A stretch of 64,000 nt of DNA from Fervidobacterium sp. (GTDB lineage: Bacteria; Thermotogota; Thermotogae; Thermotogales; Fervidobacteriaceae), in the NCBI GenBank assembly GCA_049970055.1, contig JBMFNR010000002.1, positions 468,406-532,405 on the forward strand, written 5' to 3'. Below, in pieces: positions 60,592-64,000 of the stretch (the first letter of the stretch is position 1; each line of letters opens with the position of its first letter). The position numbers and the translations under genes are program-made. Below the pieces are notes generated by a model that saw only the letters and a program-made list of their open reading frames with translations, did not search any database and had not been told where the DNA came from.

Positions 60592-61572
60592 TTATCTTAT
60601 AGGTTTATCTTTCGTTGCTTCTTCTAAAGCGAGAAGTCTTTTGTAACGTCTTGTGACATATTCTTGAATTTCGTCTATAATCTCTTGTGCATCTGGCCTT
60701 GAAAGTATGGGCTTAAATCTTCCTTGTGATTTTATGTAATCTGCAACAGGTCTTGGGTTAGTTATTTTCTTCGTAACTCTGTAGACTCCCCTCTCAACTT
60801 CGTACAAAGGCCAGTAAAGGGTTTCAACGGCAAGCTTGCTTGTCTCTACTGCTTTGTCATCATTTACCCTCCAGAACCTAACACACGCTGAATGAGCTGC
60901 TATGAACGATGGTCCATCAAATTCAAGTGCTTTTTCTATCTTTTTCATAAAGTCCATAGGTTCGGATAGCGCAACTGTAGCAACATACACATTTTCGTGT
61001 GCTGCCATGATTTCTACGATGTTTTTTTTGAGTTGAGCTTTACCTGGAAGTTTTTTACCAACTGGAGCTGTTGTTGTATCTGAACCTGGAGGCGTTGAGC
61101 CAGACCTTTGGTTACCAGTGTTCATGTATCCTTCGTTATCGTAAACGATGTATATGAATTTGTGACCTCTTTCTACGGCTCCAGAGAGCGATTGAAGACC
61201 AATATCATATGTTCCTCCATCGCCTGCAAATGCGAAGAAGGCAAGTTTCTTGTCGGCAGGTATTTCTCCCCTCTTCTTTGCTGCTCTGAACGCTGTTTCA
61301 ACACCACTAATCGTTGCTGCAACGTTTTCAAAAGCATTATGAATGTATGGTATATTCCAAGCTGTGTATGGGTATATTGTAGTGGATACCTCAAGACATC
61401 CTGTTGCAAGTCCTACAACAGGTTCGTATCCTTTTGCTATAGCTGTCATGAGAGCAAACTTTACAACGTTTGGGGCGGCACATCCTGGACACATTCTGTG
61501 ACCTTGTGTTATTCCAGGATTTTTGTCATAAAATAGTTTTGCAAGTTCTATAGCATTTAATGGCATTCTCAA
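60592..61572 (-). CDS. porB: Pyruvate:ferredoxin oxidoreductase beta subunit
   Basis: CPGC, ATGC, GDGGTYDIG, YDNEGYMNTG. Confidence 0.93.
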   Translation of the reverse strand: MRMPLNAIELAKLFYDKNPGITQGHRMCPGCAAPNVVKFALMTAIAKGYEPVVGLATGCLEVSTTIYPYTAWNIPYIHNAFENVAATISGVETAFRAAKKRGEIPADKKLAFFAFAGDGGTYDIGLQSLSGAVERGHKFIYIVYDNEGYMNTGNQRSGSTPPGSDTTTAPVGKKLPGKAQLKKNIVEIMAAHENVYVATVALSEPMDFMKKIEKALEFDGPSFIAAHSACVRFWRVNDDKAVETSKLAVETLYWPLYEVERGVYRVTKKITNPRPVADYIKSQGRFKPILSRPDAQEIIDEIQEYVTRRYKRLLALEEATKDKPIR

Positions 61573-61598
61573 TTACACCTCCTTTTATTTTCTCTTAT

Positions 61599-62768
61599 TT
61601 ACTCTCTAAGCCCAAGGTATCTTTCTTCGTCTGCGATTAAGTTACCATTGAATGCATCTTCAAATGCTTGTCTAATGTGATTTGGCATTATGTCTCTGCC
61701 CCCCAGACCATAGACGTAACTACCGATCTGTGGTCTAACAGCTATCTCGTAAAGTGCCGATTTAATTGTTTCGTAAAGTGGAGCTTCCGCGCCGAAGGAA
61801 GCAGACCTATCGAGTACTACAACAGCTTTTCTTCCGTTTAGTATTCTTTGGTATTCTGTCTTTGGGAAAGGTCTGAATATCCAAGGTTTTAAAAGACCAA
61901 CTTTCTTTCCTTCTTTCCTTAACTCATTGATTGTATGCTTGATCGTACCTGCTGTTGAGCCGAGTGCAATCATTATGTACTGAGCATCCTCAACCATGTA
62001 TTCGTCGATAAGAGTGTATTTTCTCCCTGAAATCTTTGCAAATTCATCTGCAACTTGTTTGAAAACTCTTGGAACATGCTTCATTGCTTCAATCTGAGCT
62101 CTTTTATGTTCGAAATAGTAATCGTACAGATCAAGTGGACCGTATGTCACAGGCTTTGAAGTATCAAGCAACGGATTCATTGTAATTTTCTTTCCAACGA
62201 AATTCTTAACTACATCGTCATCAAGTGTTTCAACAACCTCAACGCCATGTGAGATGATAAACCCATCGAAGTTAATCATAACTGGAAGTCTTACATCAGG
62301 ATGTTCGGCAATTCTGTATGCCATGACTGTAAAATCATATGCCTCTTGGGCGTTTTCTGCCCAAAGTTGAATCCAACCGCTGTCTCTTTCAGCCATAGCA
62401 TCGCTGTGGTCACAGTGAATATTGATTGGACCAGAAAGCGCCCTGTTTGCAACGGCCATAACGATTGGAAGCCTTAAAGATGCTGCGATAAAAACTACTT
62501 CATGCATGAGTGCAAGACCAACTGATGCTGTCGCTGTGAATGCTCTTGCACCTGCAGCTGCTGCACCAACAACTGCACTCATTGCTGAGTGTTCACTTTC
62601 AACTGGAATCATCTCAGTATCAACTACACCGTCTGCAACATATTTCGCAAAGTATTCAACAACAGGTGTTTGTGGCGTAATGGGATACGCTGCAACAACA
62701 TCGGGATTTATTTGTTTCATTGCGTAAGCAATTGCTTCCGCACCTGTAATTGCTTGTTTTACAGGCAT
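61599..62768 (-). CDS. porA: Pyruvate:ferredoxin oxidoreductase alpha subunit
   Basis: AAYPITPQT, ESEHSA, NRALS, GLGGRD. Confidence 0.93.
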   Translation of the reverse strand: MPVKQAITGAEAIAYAMKQINPDVVAAYPITPQTPVVEYFAKYVADGVVDTEMIPVESEHSAMSAVVGAAAAGARAFTATASVGLALMHEVVFIAASLRLPIVMAVANRALSGPINIHCDHSDAMAERDSGWIQLWAENAQEAYDFTVMAYRIAEHPDVRLPVMINFDGFIISHGVEVVETLDDDVVKNFVGKKITMNPLLDTSKPVTYGPLDLYDYYFEHKRAQIEAMKHVPRVFKQVADEFAKISGRKYTLIDEYMVEDAQYIMIALGSTAGTIKHTINELRKEGKKVGLLKPWIFRPFPKTEYQRILNGRKAVVVLDRSASFGAEAPLYETIKSALYEIAVRPQIGSYVYGLGGRDIMPNHIRQAFEDAFNGNLIADEERYLGLRE

Positions 62769-62780
62769 TTTCGCACCTCC

Positions 62781-63131
62781 TTACTCATTCACAAAATTCG
62801 TCTCTGGTTTCATTACTATAGCACGTTTTTCATCTGGGGCAGGTTGTTTAGTTTTTGGATCGGTACTTTTTGGACAGACATTTGCACACAGTCCGCAACC
62901 TTTACAGTAATAATAGTTATATCCTCTCATCTTCGGCTTGCCATCAACAATTTCAACAACAATTGCCTGGTCTGGACAATACAACCAACATTGCATGCAT
63001 TGGATACAGTTTTCTGGTTGATAAACAGGTCTCATTACCCTCCACGTACCTGTTTTGTATTCTTTTGCGTTACCTGGTTCGGTAATCAGTCCACCAATAG
63101 GAAGTTCCTTCCATCCCTTGAGTTCAGGCAC
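62781..63131 (-). CDS. porD: Pyruvate:ferredoxin oxidoreductase delta subunit (2x[4Fe-4S])
   Basis: TGTWR, CIQCMQC...CP, CKGCGLCANVCP. Confidence 0.93.
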   Translation of the reverse strand: MPELKGWKELPIGGLITEPGNAKEYKTGTWRVMRPVYQPENCIQCMQCWLYCPDQAIVVEIVDGKPKMRGYNYYYCKGCGLCANVCPKSTDPKTKQPAPDEKRAIVMKPETNFVNE

Positions 63132-63699
63132 TGCAGGTCACCTCCTCGTATCCTCTGTGGAGTGCCTTAATGTTCTTTTGAACTACTTCTTCTCCAAATT
63201 TTTTAAGGAACATATCTCTGATCTTGTCTTCCACGTATTTTAGCTCGATTACGCCAGTTACTCTTGCAATCGAACCAAGCATGACAGTGTTGGGGGTACC
63301 CCTCCCAAGTTCTTCAAGAGCTATATCAGTTGCCTTTACAACACAGATTTTACCTTTAAATCCCGTCTTTTGCCTTACCCATTCGATAGGTTTAACCGTG
63401 TTCACTATGAGAATAGTTTTATCCACTGTCCCCGCGATGATTTCGGGATTGCCAAGAAGGGTATCATCAATAACAACGACAAGGTGCGGGTTTTCTACTG
63501 ATGAGTGTAAGAGTATAGGCTCGTCAGATATTCGGTTAAAAGCCTTCATCGGGGCTCCTGTTCTCTCGGCGCCGTATTCTGGAAAGGCTTGAACGTACTT
63601 GCCCATGTCAAGAGCTGCTTCTGCAAGCATTTGAGATGCACTCTTAGCACCTTGACCTGCACGGCCATGCCATCTGATCTCAAAAATATTCGCAGGCAC
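63124..63699 (-). CDS. porC: Pyruvate:ferredoxin oxidoreductase gamma subunit
   Basis: HGRAGQG, FPEYGAERTGAP, NTVMLG. Confidence 0.93.
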   Translation of the reverse strand: MPANIFEIRWHGRAGQGAKSASQMLAEAALDMGKYVQAFPEYGAERTGAPMKAFNRISDEPILLHSSVENPHLVVVIDDTLLGNPEIIAGTVDKTILIVNTVKPIEWVRQKTGFKGKICVVKATDIALEELGRGTPNTVMLGSIARVTGVIELKYVEDKIRDMFLKKFGEEVVQKNIKALHRGYEEVTCSA

Positions 63700-63778
63700 T
63701 GTCCTTACCTCCTTTTCAAAGTTTTGGTGAACATTTATAATTTTACACTCTTGCCCTCAGCTTCCTTCAACACAAAAT

Positions 63779-63803
63779 CCCGAGATGCACTAGGCACCTC
63801 GGG
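63779..63803 (-). terminator. Hairpin/terminator after the GH57 gene
   Basis: cccgaggtgc-ctagt-gcatctcggg followed by atttt on the minus strand. Confidence 0.6.
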
Positions 63804-63830
63804 GAGCTACTTTAGTTAGAGGATGTGAGA

Positions 63831-64000
63831 CTATACTTTGAGATAGACTTTGTAATTTACGTCATGGAATATATCATCTACATATTCTATCCTCTCTAAC
63901 TCCCCTACACTTATATTACCACTCCTTAGCATTTCGTACAAGGTTAAAAATCGTTTAATATGCGTTTTGGTTCTGTTAACAGCATATTCCACGCTTGTTC
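63831..64000 (-). CDS. 3' end (window-truncated) of a GH57 glucan branching enzyme (DUF1957 domain)
   Basis: TSVEYAVNRTKTHIKRFLTLYEMLRSGNISVGELERIEYVDDIFHDVNYKVYLKV*. Confidence 0.75.
   Translation of the reverse strand, partial: TSVEYAVNRTKTHIKRFLTLYEMLRSGNISVGELERIEYVDDIFHDVNYKVYLKV

Noticed and set aside
63720..63745. Rex operator upstream of porC
   Set aside because: Only one half-site resembles TTGTGAA; the second half does not match at the right spacing
63801..63905. Stand-alone sRNA upstream of porC
   Set aside because: Most of it is the 3' coding end of a GH57 branching enzyme

Overview
Low-GC bacterial chromosomal segment whose gene content points to Thermotogota, most likely a Fervidobacterium-like organism (inference from the large-insertion NusG, PDO/TrxR cluster, Ogg2-type glycosylase, four-subunit POR and tmRNA tag ANEYVPLAA). 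Most of the window is housekeeping: tdk, tatD, ruvA, bamA, pyrH, rbgA, yceD-rpmF-plsX-glmS-clpX-tsaD, rpmG-secE-nusG-rplK-rplA, scattered flagellar/chemotaxis genes, a thiol-redox cluster, zur-znuACB, porCDAB, 8 tRNAs and tmRNA. Three accessory or decayed zones are poorly covered by the ORF track. (1) 9.3-11.3 kb: a deletion scar joining ECF-transporter and anmK/SIS-deaminase relics. (2) 39.9-40.8 kb: a ~190-nt highly base-paired, apparently two-state non-coding element with strand-biased G-U pairs, next to a collapsed mrr relic and a strongly divergent beta-clamp-like gene. This is the best candidate for something undescribed. (3) 57.8-59.4 kb: an eroded hsdM-hsdS-mrr-hsdR defence island at the tmRNA 3' end. 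There is also an apparent strand-composition switch near 13.45 kb, inside a convergently arranged MoxR/DUF58 module. All calls come from manual motif recognition; no database searches were run.
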